NCBI GenBank assembly: GCA_964016885.1 | Contig: OZ024743.1 | Coordinates: 235,290,001 to 235,354,000 of the forward strand | Direction: 5' to 3' | DNA: 64,000 bases | DNA from: Eledone cirrhosa | Lineage: Eukaryota | Part shown: positions 1 to 14,500 of the stretch, piece after piece | Numbering within the stretch: position 1 is the stretch's first letter | Layout: every line of letters starts with the position of its first letter | Notes under the pieces: model-generated | The model's database searches: none | Told to the model about the DNA's origin: nothing | What the model saw: the letters and a program-made list of their open reading frames with translations, nothing else | Translations under genes and position numbers: made by a program

Positions 1-1875
1 AAAAGGCAGTGCTTCAATTTGAGCAGCGCATAGCAACCAGCCCTGACAGTAAGGTGTTCTGGAAGTATGTTCACTCAAAGCAGAGGCCTCACTCTCCAGT
101 TGGTCCTCTTCGCAATCCCCACACAAGCCAGGTTACTGATGACCCCAAGGAATGCGCAGAGCTCATTGCTGAATGCTATGCAGGCATTTTCACCATTGAA
201 GACCAGAGTGTACCATCTCCACCACCTATGACACCGGACTCTATTACAACCATGGAATTTACACCTGCAATGCTGCGACGTAACCTAAAAAATAAACGCA
301 ACCATGCCTCTCCTGGTCTTGATGGTGTTACGTACCTGCTTCTTAAACGTGGTGGGTACTTCCTTCTACACCAGTTATCACGCTTCTTCCAATTCTGTCT
401 GAACAACAGTGCTACTCCAGAACAGTGGAAAACTGCCAGTGTCATTCCTCTGTTCAAAAAGGGTGACCGCACATCACCTGTGAACTATCGTCCAGTCAGT
501 CTTACTAGTTGCATCGCCAAACTGATGGAATCCTGTGTCAGAGAAACACTTTGGAACTTCTGGAGCTCTCACAGTCTTATCCGGCCCTCGCAATTTGGAT
601 TTATCCCCAACTCCAGCTGCTGTGATCAACTTATAGAGTTTCTTGAGGACATCACCCGGATCACTGATGGCGGCTTATGGGTGGATGTTGTTTACCTTGA
701 CTTTGCGAAGGCCTTCAATTCTGTGCCACACAAAAGGCTTATGGCAAAACTCTCTGCAATGGGTGTGAAGGATGATCTTTTTAACTGGTTGAAGTCCTTC
801 ATACTCAGTCGAAGAGAGGTAGTCACGGTTCTGGGACAGCATTCCTCACCATATGAGATGTCATCTGGTGTACCTCAGGGATCTGTTCTTGGCCCCCTTT
901 TGTTTGTGGCATATATTAATGACATAGATGCCAACTTAAGGAATGCCACAGTACTAAAGTACGCAGACGACATCAAGCTGTACCTTGAGATAAAAAGGAC
1001 AGATCCTGAACACTATAGTTCTTGCTTGCAGTCTGACCTGGACACAATGCAACAGTGGATCTCAGACTGGCAACTCAAGCTAACTGTGGACAAGTGCACC
1101 ACCATGCATTTTGGGAGTAAAAACCCAGCGTCCACATACTCCCTCCACAGCACTAATATCAAGAAGTCTTCCTGTGAACGTGACCTGGGCATTACGGTCA
1201 GCAGCGATTTGCGTTGGACGAGGCGCGTCTCTAAAATTGTCAAGAGGGCCGAGGGTGTCTTAGCATCACTCAGCAAGACCTTTGTCAGCCGCTCTCCAGA
1301 TATCTATTTAAGGCTGTATACAGCTATGGTGCGACCACACTTAGAATTTGCATCACCAGTCTGGAACCCCTATCTTGCTCAGGACATTGACCGCCTGGAA
1401 ACTGTTCAGAGACGTGCAACCAAGCGAATACCCTCCATCAGGCATCTACCATACTCTGAGCGCCTTGCTTCCCTGGGCATGGATTCATTGAAGCTCCGAC
1501 GCCTGGCAACTGACTTGGTAAACACCCACAAAATTGTTAACCATGTTGCCAACAACAACCCTGAGTACCTTTTCGATTTCCATGTGTCTAACACACGTGG
1601 ACAGGCCCACAAAGTAAGAAAAAAGCACAGTTCCCATGACTTTTGGAAACATTTTTTCACGCTCAGAGTTGCTGAAGCATGGAACAAACTACCTGCATCA
1701 GTTGTTAGCTGTCGAGACACTGCATCCTTTAAGGCCTCCATGCTTCCCGAGATCCGCCAACACTACAGCTAACACATACAAACATGTACTTCCCTGACAT
1801 TTGTGTATTATTCTATGTACTATATTGACGAGTTGTAGTGCACCTGAGCACTTTACACAATAATTTCATTATTAT
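1..1875 (+). mobile_element. CR1-clade non-LTR retrotransposon, 3' part (cut by the window edge)
   Basis: Open RT frame followed by a ~100-bp 3' UTR and a short (ATT)n tail ending at ~1875. Near-identical to the copy at 9599-11538. Confidence 0.92.
9..1772 (+). CDS. LINE ORF2 reverse transcriptase region (CR1 clade), N-terminally incomplete
   Basis: Motifs SPGLDG, NYRPVSLTS, YLDFAKAFNSVPH, SGVPQGSVLGPLLF, YADD, ERDLGI and RPHLEFASPVWNP. No stops in 587 aa. Confidence 0.92.
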   Translation: MLQFEQRIATSPDSKVFWKYVHSKQRPHSPVGPLRNPHTSQVTDDPKECAELIAECYAGIFTIEDQSVPSPPPMTPDSITTMEFTPAMLRRNLKNKRNHASPGLDGVTYLLLKRGGYFLLHQLSRFFQFCLNNSATPEQWKTASVIPLFKKGDRTSPVNYRPVSLTSCIAKLMESCVRETLWNFWSSHSLIRPSQFGFIPNSSCCDQLIEFLEDITRITDGGLWVDVVYLDFAKAFNSVPHKRLMAKLSAMGVKDDLFNWLKSFILSRREVVTVLGQHSSPYEMSSGVPQGSVLGPLLFVAYINDIDANLRNATVLKYADDIKLYLEIKRTDPEHYSSCLQSDLDTMQQWISDWQLKLTVDKCTTMHFGSKNPASTYSLHSTNIKKSSCERDLGITVSSDLRWTRRVSKIVKRAEGVLASLSKTFVSRSPDIYLRLYTAMVRPHLEFASPVWNPYLAQDIDRLETVQRRATKRIPSIRHLPYSERLASLGMDSLKLRRLATDLVNTHKIVNHVANNNPEYLFDFHVSNTRGQAHKVRKKHSSHDFWKHFFTLRVAEAWNKLPASVVSCRDTASFKASMLPEIRQHYS

Positions 1876-4800
1876 AGAATCACATCTTATTGTCTTATAT
1901 ATCTTCACATACTAGAAATAGCAGCTAGATCTTCCACAAATCATACTTTACTGTCTTATATATCTTGACATGCTAGAAATAGCAGCTAGATCTCCCTCAA
2001 ATGACACCATACCGTCTTATATATGTTGACATGCTAGAAATAGCAGCTAGATATTCCACAAATCCCACTTTACTGTCTTATATATCTTGACATAAATAGA
2101 AATAGAAGCTATATCTCCCTCAAATCTCACCTTATCGTCTTATATGTCTTGACATGCTAAATATAGCAGCTACATCTCCCTCAAATCCACTTTATTTCTT
2201 ATATATCTTGACATGCTAGAAAAAGCAGCCACATCTCCCTCAAATCACACTTTACTCTCTTATATATCTTGACATGCTAGAAATACCAGCTAGATCTGCC
2301 TCAAATCACACGTTACAGTCTTATATATCTCGACATGTTAGAAATAGCAGCTAGATCTCCCTCAAATCACACCTTATTGTCTTATATATCTCAACATGCT
2401 CAAATCACACCTTATTGTCTCATATACCTTGACATGCTAGAAATAGCAGCCAGATCTCCTTCAAATCAGCCTTTACTGTCTAATATATCTTGACATGCTA
2501 AAACTAGCAGCCAGATCTCCCTAAAATCACAATGTACTCTTTTATATATCTTGACATGCTAGAAATAAAAGCTAGATCTCCCTCAAATCACCCTTTACAG
2601 TCTTATATATCTTGACATGCTAGAATTAGCAGCCAGATCTCCTTCAAATCAACCTTTACTGTCTAATATATCTTGGCATGCTAAAAATAACAGCAAGGTC
2701 TCCCTCAAATCACACTTTACTGTCTTATATATCTTGTCATGCTAGAGATAGCAGCTAGACAAACCCCAAATTACACCATACCGTCTTATATATCTTGACA
2801 TGCTAGAAATAGTAGCAAGATCTTCCTGAAATCACACTTTACTGTCTTATATATCTTGACATTCTAGATGTAGCAGCTAGATCTCCCTCAAATCATCCTT
2901 TACTGTCTTATATATCTGGAAATGCTAGAAATAGCAGCTAGATGTCCCTCAAATCACACTTTACTGTCTTATATATTTTGACATGCTATAAATAGCAGCT
3001 ATATCTTCCTTAAATCACAATTTACTCTCTTATATATCTGGACATGCTAGAAATAGCAGCTAGATCTCCCTCAAATCACACCTTATTGTCTTATATACCT
3101 TGACATGCTAAAAATAGCAGCTAGATCTCCTTCATATCACACCTTACTGTCTTATATATCCTCACATGCTAGAAATAGCAGCCAGATCTCCATCAATTCA
3201 CACTTTACTGTCTTATATATCTTGACATGCTAGAAATAGCAGCCAGATCTCCATCAATTCACACTTTACTGTCTTATATATCTTGACATGCTAGAAATGG
3301 CAGCCAGATCTCCATCAAATCACACTTTACTGTCTTATATATTTTGACATGCTAGAAATAGCAGCTAGATCTCCCTCAAATCACACTTTACTCTCTTATA
3401 TATCTTGACATGCTAAAAATAGCAGCCAGATCTCCCTCAAATCACACTTTACTCTCTCATATATTTTGACATGCTAGAAATATCAGCCAGATGTCCCTCA
3501 AATCACATTTTACTGTCTTATATAAGTTGACATGCTAGAAATAGCAACTAGATCTCCCTCAAATCACACTTTACCGTCTTATATGTCTTGAGATTCTAGA
3601 TATAGCAGCTAGATCTCACTTAAATAACTCTTTACTGTCTTATATATCTGGGCACGCTAGAAATAGCAGCCAGATCTCCCTCAAATAACATCTTACTGTC
3701 TCATATATCATGAAATGCTAGAAATAGCAGCCAGATCTGCATCAAATCACATTTTACTGTCATATATCTTGACATGTTAGAAATAACAGCTAGATCTCCC
3801 TCAAATCACACGTTACAGTCTTATATATCTCGACATGCTAGAAATAGCAGCTAGATCTCCCTCAAATCACACCTTATTGTCTTATATATCTTGACATGAT
3901 AGAAATAGCAGCTAGATCTCCCTAAAATCACAATTTACTGTTTGATATATCTTGACATGTTGGAAATAGCAGCCAGATCTCCCTCAAATAACACTTTACT
4001 GTCTTATATATCTCAACATGCTAGAAATAGCAGATAGATCTCACTCAAATCACACCATATTGTCTCATATACCTTGACATGTCAGAAATAGCAGCCAGAT
4101 CTCCTTCAAATCACCCTTTACTGTCTAATATATCTTGACATGCTAAAACTAGCAGCCAGATCTCACTCGAATCATACTTTACTGTCTTATATATCTTGAC
4201 ATGCTAGGAATAGCAGCTAGATCTCCCTCAAATGATACCATACCATCTTATATATTTTGATATGCTAGAATAGCAGCCAGATCTCCCTAAAATCACAATT
4301 TACTCTTTTATATATCTTGACATGCTAGAAGTAAAAGCCAGATCTACCTCAAATCACCCTTTACAGTCTTATAGATCTTGACATGCTAGAATTAGCAGCC
4401 AGATCTCCTTCAAATCAGCCTTTACTGTCTAATATATCTTGACATGCTCAAAATAGCAGCAAGGTCTCCCTCAAATCACACTTTACTGTCTTATATATCT
4501 TGTCATGCTAGAAATAGCAGCGAGACCTCCCTCAAATTGCACCATACCGTCTTAGATATCTTGACATGCTAGAAATAGCAGCAAGATCTTCCTGAAATCA
4601 CACTTTACTGTCTTATATATCTTGACATTGTAGATATAGCAGCTATATCTCCCTCAAATCATCCTTTACTGTCTTATATATCTGGACATGCTAGAAATAG
4701 CAGCTAGATGTCCATCAAATCACAATTTTCTGTCTTATATATTTTGACATGCTAGAAATAGCAGCCAGATCTCCATCAAATCACACTTTACTGTCTTATA

Positions 4801-7800
4801 TATCTTGACATGCTAGAAATAGCAGCTAGATCTCCCTAAAATCACACCTTATTGTCTTATATGCCATGACATGCTAGAAATAGCAGCTAGATCTCCCTCA
4901 AATCATACCTTACTGTCTTATATATATCGACAAGCTAGAAATAGCAGCCAGATCTCATTCAAATCACCCTTTAATGTCTTATATATCGTGGCATGCTAGA
5001 AATAGCAGCTAGACCTCCCTCAAATTACACCATACATTCTTATATAGCTTGACATGCTAGAAATAGCAGCCAGATGTCCCTCAAATCATATTTTACTGTC
5101 TTATATATCTTGATATGCTAGAAATAGCAGCTAGATCTCCCTCAAATCACACTTTACTGTCATATACCTTGATGTGCTAGAAATAGCAGCTAGACCTCCC
5201 TCAAATTACATCATACCATCTTATAAAGCTTGACATGCTAGTAATAGCAGCCAGATCTCCTTCAAATCACCCTTTACTGTCTAATATATCTTGACTTGCT
5301 AGAAATAGCAGCTAGATCTCCCTAAAATCACACCTTATTGTCTTATATGCCATGACATGCTAGAAATAGCAGCTAGATCTCCCTCAAATCACACCTTACT
5401 GTCTTATATATATCGACAGGCTAGAAATAGCAGCCAGATCTCTTTCAAATCACCCTTTACTGTCTTATATGTCTTGACATGCTAGAAATAGTAGCTAGAT
5501 CTCTCTCAAATCACAATTTACTCTCTTATATATCTTGATATGTTAGAAATAACAGCCAGATCACCCTCAAATCACCCTTTAATGTCTTATATATCTTGAC
5601 ATAAATAGAAATAGCAGCTATATCTCCCTCAAATCTCACCTTATCGTCTTATACGTCTTGACATGCTAAATATAGCATCTACATCACCCTCAAATCCACT
5701 TTACTTTCTTATATATCTTGACATGCTAGAAAAATCAGCTAGATCTCTCTCAAATCACACGTTACAGTCTTATATGTCTCAACATGCTAGAAATAGCAGC
5801 TAGATCCCCCTCAAATCACACCTTATTGTCTTATATATCTTGACATGCTAGAAATAGCAGCTAGATCTCCATAAATCATAATTTACTGCCTGATATATCT
5901 TGACATGTTGGAAATAGCAGCCAGATCTCCCTCAAATAACACTTTACTGTCTTATATATCTCAATATGCTAGAAATAGCAGATAGATCTCACCCAAATCA
6001 CACCATATTGTCTCATATACCTTGACATGTTAGAAATAGCAGCCAGATCTCCTTCAAATCACCCTTTACTGTCTAATATATCTTGACATGCTAAAACTAG
6101 CAGCCAGATCTCACTCGAATCATACTTTACTGTCTTATATATCTTGACATGCTAGGAATAGCAGCTAGATCTCCCTCAAATGATACCATACCATCTTATA
6201 TATTTTGATATGCTAGAATAGCAGCCAGATCTCCCTAAAATCACAATTTACTCTTTTATATATCTTGACATGCTAGAAATAAAAGCCAGATCTACCTCAA
6301 ATCACCCTTTACAGTCTTATAGATCTTGACATGCTAGAATTAGCAGCCAGATCTCCTTCAAATCAGCCTTTACTGTCTAATATATCTTGACATGCTAAAA
6401 ATAGCAGTAAGGTCTCCCTCAAATCACACTTTACTGTCTTATATATCTTGTCATGCTAGAAATAGCAGCGAGACCTCCCACAAATTGCACCATACCGTCT
6501 TAGATATCTTGACATGCTAGAAATAGCAGCAAGATCTTCCTGAAATCACACTTTACTGTCTTATATATCTTGACATTCTAGATATAGCAGCTAGATCTCC
6601 CTCAAATCATCCTTTACTGTCTTATATATCTGGACATGCTAGAAATAGCAGCTAGATGTCCATCAAATCATAATTTTTTGTCTTATATATTTTGACATGC
6701 TAGAAATAGCAGGCAGATCTCCATCAAATCACACTTTACTGTGTTAGATATCTTGACATGCTAGAAATAGCAGCTAGATCTAACTAAAATCACACCTTAT
6801 TGTCTTATATGCCATGACATGCTAGAAATAGCAGCTAGATCTCCCTCAAATCATACCTTACTGTCTTATATATATCGACAAGGTAGAAATAGCATCCAGA
6901 TTTCATTCATATCACACCTTATTGTCTTACATATCCTCACATGCTGGAAATAGTAGCCAGATCTCCATCAATTCACACTTTACTGTCTTATATATCTTGA
7001 CATGCTAGAAATAACAGCTAGATCTCCCTCAAATCACACTTTACTCTCTCATATATCTTGACATGCTAGAAATATCAGCCAGATGTCCCTCAAATGACAT
7101 TTTACTGTATTATATATGTTGACATGCTAGAAATAGCAGCTAGATCTCCCTCAAATCACACTTTACTGTCTTATATGTCTTGAGATTCTAGATATAGCAG
7201 CTAGATCTGCATCAAATCACATTTTACTGTCATATATCTTGACGTGCTAGAAATAGCAGCTAGACCTCCCTCAAATTACATCATACCATCTTATAAATCT
7301 TGACATGCTAGAAATAGCAGCCAGATCTCCTTCAAATCACCCTTTACTGTCTAATATATCTTGACTTGCTAAAAATAGCAGCTAGATCTCCCTCAAATTA
7401 CACCATACCGTCTTCTATATCTTGACATGCTAGAAATAGCAGCTAGATCTCCCTCAAGTCACACCTTACTTGACATGGTAGAAAATAGCAGCTATATCTC
7501 TTTCAAATCACCCTTTACTGTCTTATATGTCTTGACATGCTAGAAATAGTAGCTAGATCTCTCTCAAATCACAATTTACTCTCTTATATATCTTGATATG
7601 TTAGAAATAACAGCCAGATCACCCTCAAATCACCCTTTAATGTCTTATATATCTTGACATAAATAGAAATAGCAACTATATCTCCCTCAAATCTCACGTT
7701 ATCGTTTTATGTGTCTTGACATGCTAAATATAGCATCTACATCACCCTCAAATCCACTTTACTTTCTTATATATCTTGACATGCTAGAAAAAGCAGCCAG

Positions 7801-9598
7801 ATCTCCCTCAAATCACAATTTACCCTCTTATATATCTTGACATGTTAGAAATAACAGCTAGATCTCCCTCAAATCACATGTTACAGTCTTATATATCTCG
7901 ACATGCTAGAAATAGCAGCTAGATCTCCCTCAAATCACAACTTATTGTCTTATATATCTTGACATGCTAGAAATAGCAGCTAGATCTCCCTAAAATCACA
8001 ATTTACTGTCTGATATATCTTGACATGTTGGAAATAGCAGCCAGATCTCCCTCAAATAACACTTTACTGTCTTATATATCTCAACATGCTAGAAATAGCA
8101 GATAGATCTCACTCAAATCGCACCATATTGTCTCATATACCTTGACATGTTAGAAATAGCAGCCAGATCTCCTTCAAATTACCCTTTACTGTCTAATATA
8201 TCTTGACATGCTAAAACTAGCAGCCAGATCTCACTTAATTCACAATTTACTGTCTTATATATCTTGACATGCTAGGAATAGCAGCTAGATCTCCCTCAAA
8301 TGATACCATACCATCTTATATATTTTGATATGCTAGAATAGCAGCCAGATCTCTCTAAAATCACAATTTACTCTTTTATATATCTTGACATGCTAGAAAT
8401 AAAAGCCAGATCTACCTCAAATCACCCTTTACAGTCTTATAGATCTTGACATGCTAGAATTAGCAGCCAGATCTCCTTCAAATCAGCCTTTACTGTCTAA
8501 TATATCTTGACATGCTAAAAATAGCAGCAAGGTCTCCCTCAAATCACACTTTACTGTCTTATATATCTTGTCATGCTAGAAATAGCAGCGAGACCTCCCA
8601 CAAATTGCACCATACCGTCTTAGATATCTTGACATGCTAGAAATAGCAGCAAGATCTTCCTGAAATCACACTTTACTGTCTTATATATCTTGACATTCTA
8701 GATATAGCAGCTAGATCTCCCTCAAATCATCCTTTAATGTCTTATATATCTGGACATGCTAGAAATAGCAGCTAGATGTCCATCAAATCACAATTTTCTG
8801 TCTTATATATTTTGACATGCTAGAAATAGCAGCCAGATCTCCATCAAATCACACTTTACTGTCTTATATATCTTGACATGCTAGAAATAGCAGCTAGATC
8901 TCCCTAAAATCACACCTTATTGTCTATATGCCATGACATGCTAGAAATAGCAGCTAGATCTCCCTCAAATCATACCTTACTGTCTTATATATATCGACAA
9001 GGTAGAAATAGCATCCAGATCTCATTCATCTCACACCTTATTGTCTTATATATCCTCACATGCTGGAAATAGCAGCCAGATCTCCATCAATTCACACTTT
9101 ACTGTCTTATATATCTTGACATGCTAGAAATAGCAGCCAGATCTCCATCAAATCACACTTTACTGTCTTATATATTTTGACATGCTAGAAATAGCAGCTA
9201 GATCTCCCTCAAATCACACTTTACTGTCTTATATGTCTTGAGATTCTAGATATAGCAGCTAGATCTCACTTAAATAACTCTTTACGGTCTTATATATCTG
9301 GACACGCTAGAAATAGCAGCCAGATCTCCCTCAAATAACATCTTACTGTCTCATATATCATGAAATGCTAGAAATAGCAGCCAGATCTCCTTCAAATCAC
9401 CCTTTACTGTCTAATATATCTTGACATGCTAAAACTAGCAGCCAGATCTCCCTCAAATTACATCATACCGTCTTCTATATCTTGACATGCTAGAAATAGC
9501 AGCTAGATCTCCCTCAAGTCACACCTTACTTGACATGGTAGAAAATAGCAGCTAGATCTCTTTCAAATCACCCTTTACTCTCTTATATATCTTGATAT
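1876..9598. repeat. 61-bp tandem satellite, block 1
   Basis: Consensus atatatcttgacatgctagaaatagcagctagatctccctcaaatcacactttactgtctt. The register shifts 1 nt per 60-nt line, giving a 61-bp period. Confidence 0.97.
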
Positions 9599-11538
9599 AA
9601 TAATAATAATAATGAAATTATTGTGTAATGTGCTCAGGTGCACAACAACTCGTCAATATAGTACATAGAATAATACACAAATGTCATGGAAGTACATGTT
9701 TGTATGTGTTAGCTGTAGTGTTGGCGGATCTCGGGAAGCATGGAGGCCTTAAAGGATGCAGTGTCTCGACAGCTAACAACTGATGCAGGTAGTTTGTTCC
9801 ATGCTTCAGCAACTCTGAGCGTGAAAAAATGTTTCCGAAAGTCATGGGAACTGTGCTGTTTTCTTACTTTGTGGGCATGTCCACGTGTGTTAGACACATA
9901 GAAATCGAAAAGGCACTCAGGGTTGTTGTTGGCAACATGGTTAACAATTTTGTGGGTGTTTACCAAGTCAGTTGCCAGGCGTCGGAGCTTCAATGAATCC
10001 ATGCCCAGGGAAGCAAGGCGCTCAGAGTATGGTAGATGCCTGATGGAGGGTATTCGCTTGGTTGCACGTCTCTGAACAGTTTCCAGGCGGTCAATGTCCT
10101 GAGCAAGATAGGGGTTCCAGACTGGTGATGCAAATTCTAAGTGTGGTCGCACCATAGCTGTATACAGCCTTAAATAGATATCTGGAGAGCGGCTGACAAA
10201 GGTCTTGCTGAGTGATGCTAAGACACCCTCGGCCCTCTTGACAATTTTAGAGACGTGCCTCGTCCAACGCAATCGCTGCTGACCGTAATGCCCAGGTCAC
10301 GTTCACAGGAAGACTTCTTGATATTAGTGCTGTGGAGGGAGTATGTTTTACTCCCAAAATGCATGGTGGTGCACTTGTCCACAGCTAGCTTGAGTTGCCA
10401 GTCTGAGATCCACTGTTGCATTGTGTCCAGGTCAGACTGCAAGCAAGATCTATAGTGTTCAGGATCTGTCCTTTTTATCTCAAGGTACAGCTTGATGTCG
10501 TCTGCGTACTTTAGTACTGTGGCATTCCTTAAGTTGGCATCTATGTCATCAATATATGCCACAAACAAAAGGGGGCCAAGAACAGATCCTTGAGGTACAC
10601 CAGATGACATCTCATATGGTGAGGAATGCTGTCCCAGAACCGTGACTACCTCTCTTCGACTGAGAATGAAGGACTTCAACCAGTTAAAAAGATCATCCTT
10701 CACACCTATTGCAGAGAGTTTTGCCATAAGCCTTTTGTGTGGCACAGAATTGAAGGCCTTCACAAAGTCAAGGTAAACAACATCCACCCATGAGCCGCCA
10801 TCAGTGATCTGGGTGATGTCCTCAAGAAACTCTATAAGTTGATCACAGCAGCTGGAGTTGGGGATAAATCCAAATTGCGAGGGCCGGATGAGACTGTGAG
10901 AGCTCCAGAAGTTCCAAAGTGTTTCTCTGACACAGGATTCCATCAGTTTGGCGATGCAACTAGTAAGACTGACTGGACGATAGTTCACAGGTGATGTGCG
11001 GTCACCCTTTTTGAACAGAGGAATGACACTGGCAGTTTTCCACTGTTCTGGAGTAGCACTGTTGTTCAGACAGAATTGGAAGAAGCGTGATAACTGGTGT
11101 AGAAGGAAGTACCCACCACGTTTAAGAAGCAGGTACGTAACACCATCAAGACCAGGAGAGGCATGGTTGCGTTTATTTTATAGGTTACGTCGCAGCATTG
11201 CAGGTGTAAATTCCATGGTTGTAATAGAGTCCGGTGTCATAGGTGGTGGAGATGGTACACTCTGGTCTTCAATGGTGAAAATGCCTGCATAGCATTCAGC
11301 AATGAGCTCTGCGCATTCCTTGGGGTCGTCAGTAACCTGGCTTGTGTGGGGATTGCGAAGAGGACCAACTGGAGAGTGAGGCCTCTGCTTTGAGTGAACA
11401 TACTTCCAGAACACCTTAGTGTCAGGGCTGGTTGCTATGCGCTGCTCAAATTGAAGCACTGCCTTTTTTGTCACCTGTTTGAGGTGGTTGGGCGATCTAT
11501 TTCGCCTCTTCCTATTAATGTCTGATTTGTGAAGTTTG
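9599..11538 (-). mobile_element. CR1-clade LINE, 5'-truncated pseudogenised copy inserted in the satellite
   Basis: Reverse complement of 1-1875 plus ~70 bp more 5' sequence, with its tail at ~9599-9613. Lesions: nonsense codon (RRNL*), 12-bp deletion (NPAS lost) and a 1-bp frameshift near 10270. Confidence 0.93.
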
Positions 11539-14500
11539 TATGTTAGAAATAACAGCCAGATCACCCTCAAATCACCCTTTAATGTCTTATATATCTTGAC
11601 ATAAATAGAAATAGCAGCTATACCTCCCTCAAATCTCACCTTATCGTCTTATATGTCTTGACATGCTAAATATAGCATCTACATCACCCTCAAATCCACT
11701 TTACTTTCTTATATATGCTGACATGCTACAAAAAGCAGCTAGATCTCCCTAAAATCACAATTTACTGTCTGATATATCTTGACATGTTGGAAATAGCAGC
11801 CAGATCTCCCTCGAATAACACTTTACTGTCTTATATATCTCAACATGCTAGAAATAGCAGATAGATCTCACTCAAATCACACCATATTGTCTCATATACC
11901 TTGACATGTTAGAAATAGCAGCCAGATCTCCTTCAAATCACCCTTTACTGTCTAATATATCTTGACATGCTAAAAATAGCAGCAAGGTCTCCCTCAAATC
12001 ACACTTTACTGTCTTATATATCTTGTCATGCTAGAAATAACAGCGAGACCTCCCACAAATTGCACCATACCGTCTTAGATATCTTGACATGCTAGAAATA
12101 GCAGCAAGATCTTCCTGAAATCACACTTTACTGTCTTATATATCTTGACATTCTAGATATAGCAGCTAGATCTCCCTCAAATCATCCTTTACTGTCTTAT
12201 ATATCTGGACATGCTAGAAATAGCAGCTTAGTTTCCATCAAATCACAATTTTCTGTCTTATATATCTTGACATGCTAGAAATAGCAGCTAGATCTCCCTA
12301 AAATCACACCTTATTGTCTTATATGCCATGACATGCTAGATATAGCAGCTAGGCCTCCCTCAAATTACACCATACATTCTTATATATATCGACATGCTAG
12401 AAATAGCAGCCAGATCTCATTCAAATCACCTTTTAATGTCTTATATATCGTGGCATGCTAGAAATAGCAGCTATATCTCCCTCAAATCACACTTTACTGT
12501 CTTATATGTCTTGAGATTCTAAATATAGCAGCTAGATCTCACTTAAATAACTCTTTACTGTCTTATATATCTGGACACGCTAGAAATAGCAGCCAGATCT
12601 CCCTCAAATAACACCTTACTGTCTCATATATCATGAAATGCTAGAAATAGCAGCCAGATCTGCATCAAATAACATTTTACTGTCATATATCTTGACGTGC
12701 TAGAAATAGCAGCTAGACCTCCCCCAAATTACATCATACCATCTTATAAATCTTGACATGCTAGTAATAGCAGCTAGATCTCCTTCAAATCACCCTTTAC
12801 TGTCTAATATATCTTGACTTGCTAAAAATAGCAGCTAGATCTCCCTCAAATTACACCATACCGTCTTCTATATCTTGACATGCTAGAAATAGCAGCTAGA
12901 TCTCCCTAAAATCACACCTTATTGTCTTATATGCCATGACATGCTAGAAATAGCAGCTAGATCTCCCTCAAGTCACACCTTACTGTCTTATATAAATCGA
13001 CAGGCCAGAAATAGCAGCCAGATCTCTTTCAAATCACCCTTTACTGTCTTATATGTCTTGACATGCTAGAAATAGTAGCTAGATCTCTCTCAAATCACAA
13101 TTTACTCTCTTATATATCTTGATATGTTAGAAATAACAGCCAGATCACCCTCAAATCACCCTTTAATGTCTTATATATCTTGACATAAATAGAAATAGCA
13201 GCTATATCTCCCTCAAATCTCACCTTATCGTCTTATATGTCTTGACATGCTAAATATAGCATCTACATCTCCCTCAAATCCAATTTACTTTCTTATATAT
13301 CTTGACATGCTAGAAAAAGCAGCCAGATCTCCCTCAAATCACAATTTACCCTCTTATATATCTTGACATGTTAGAAATAACAGCTAGATCTCCCTCAAAT
13401 CACACGTTACAGTCTTATATATCTCGACATGCTAGAAATAGCAGCTAGATCTCCCTCAAATCACACCTTATTGTCTTATATATCTTGACATGCTAGAAAT
13501 AGCAGCTAGATCTCCCTAAAATCACAATTTACTGTCTGATATATCTTGACATGTTGGAAATAGCAGCCAGATCTCCCTCAAATAACACTTTACTGTCTTA
13601 TATATCTCAACATGCTAGAAATAGCAGCTAGATCTCCCTCAAATGATACCATACCATCTTATATATCTTGACATGCTAGAAATAGTAGCAAGATCTTCCT
13701 GAAATCACACCTTACTGTCTTATATATCTTGACATTCTAGACATAGCAGCTAGATCTCCCTCAAATCATCCCTTACTGTCTTAAATATCTGGACATGCTA
13801 GAAATAGCAGCTAGATGTCCATCAAATCACAATTTTCTGTCTTATATATTTTGACATGCTAGAAATAGCAGCCAGATCTCCATCAAATCACACTTTACTG
13901 TCTTATATATCATGACATGCTAGAAATAGCGGCTAGATCTCCCTCAAATCATACCTTACTGTCTTATATATATCGACAAGCTAGAAATAGCAGCCAGATC
14001 TCATTCAAATCATACCGTCTTCTATATCTTGACATGCTAGAAATAGCAGCTAGATCTCCCTCAAATAACACTTTACTGTCTTATATATCTCAACATGCTA
14101 GCAATAGCAGCTAGATCTCCCTCAAATCACCCTTTACAGGCTTATATATCTTGACATGCTAGAATTAGCAGCCAGATGTCCTTCAAATCAGCCTTTACTG
14201 TCTAATATATTTTGACATGCGAAAAATAGCAGCAAGGTCTCCCTCAAATCACACTTTACTGTCTTATATATCTTGTCATTCTAGATATAGCAGCAAGATC
14301 TTCCTGAAATAACACTTGACTGTCTTATATATCTTGACATTCTAGATATAGCAGCTAGATGTCCCTCAAATCAAAATTTACTTCTTATATATTTTGACAT
14401 GCTAGAAATAGCAGCCAGATCTCCATCAAATCACACTTTACTGTCTTATAAATCTTGACATGCTAGAAACAGTAGCTAGATCTCCCTGAAATCACACTTT

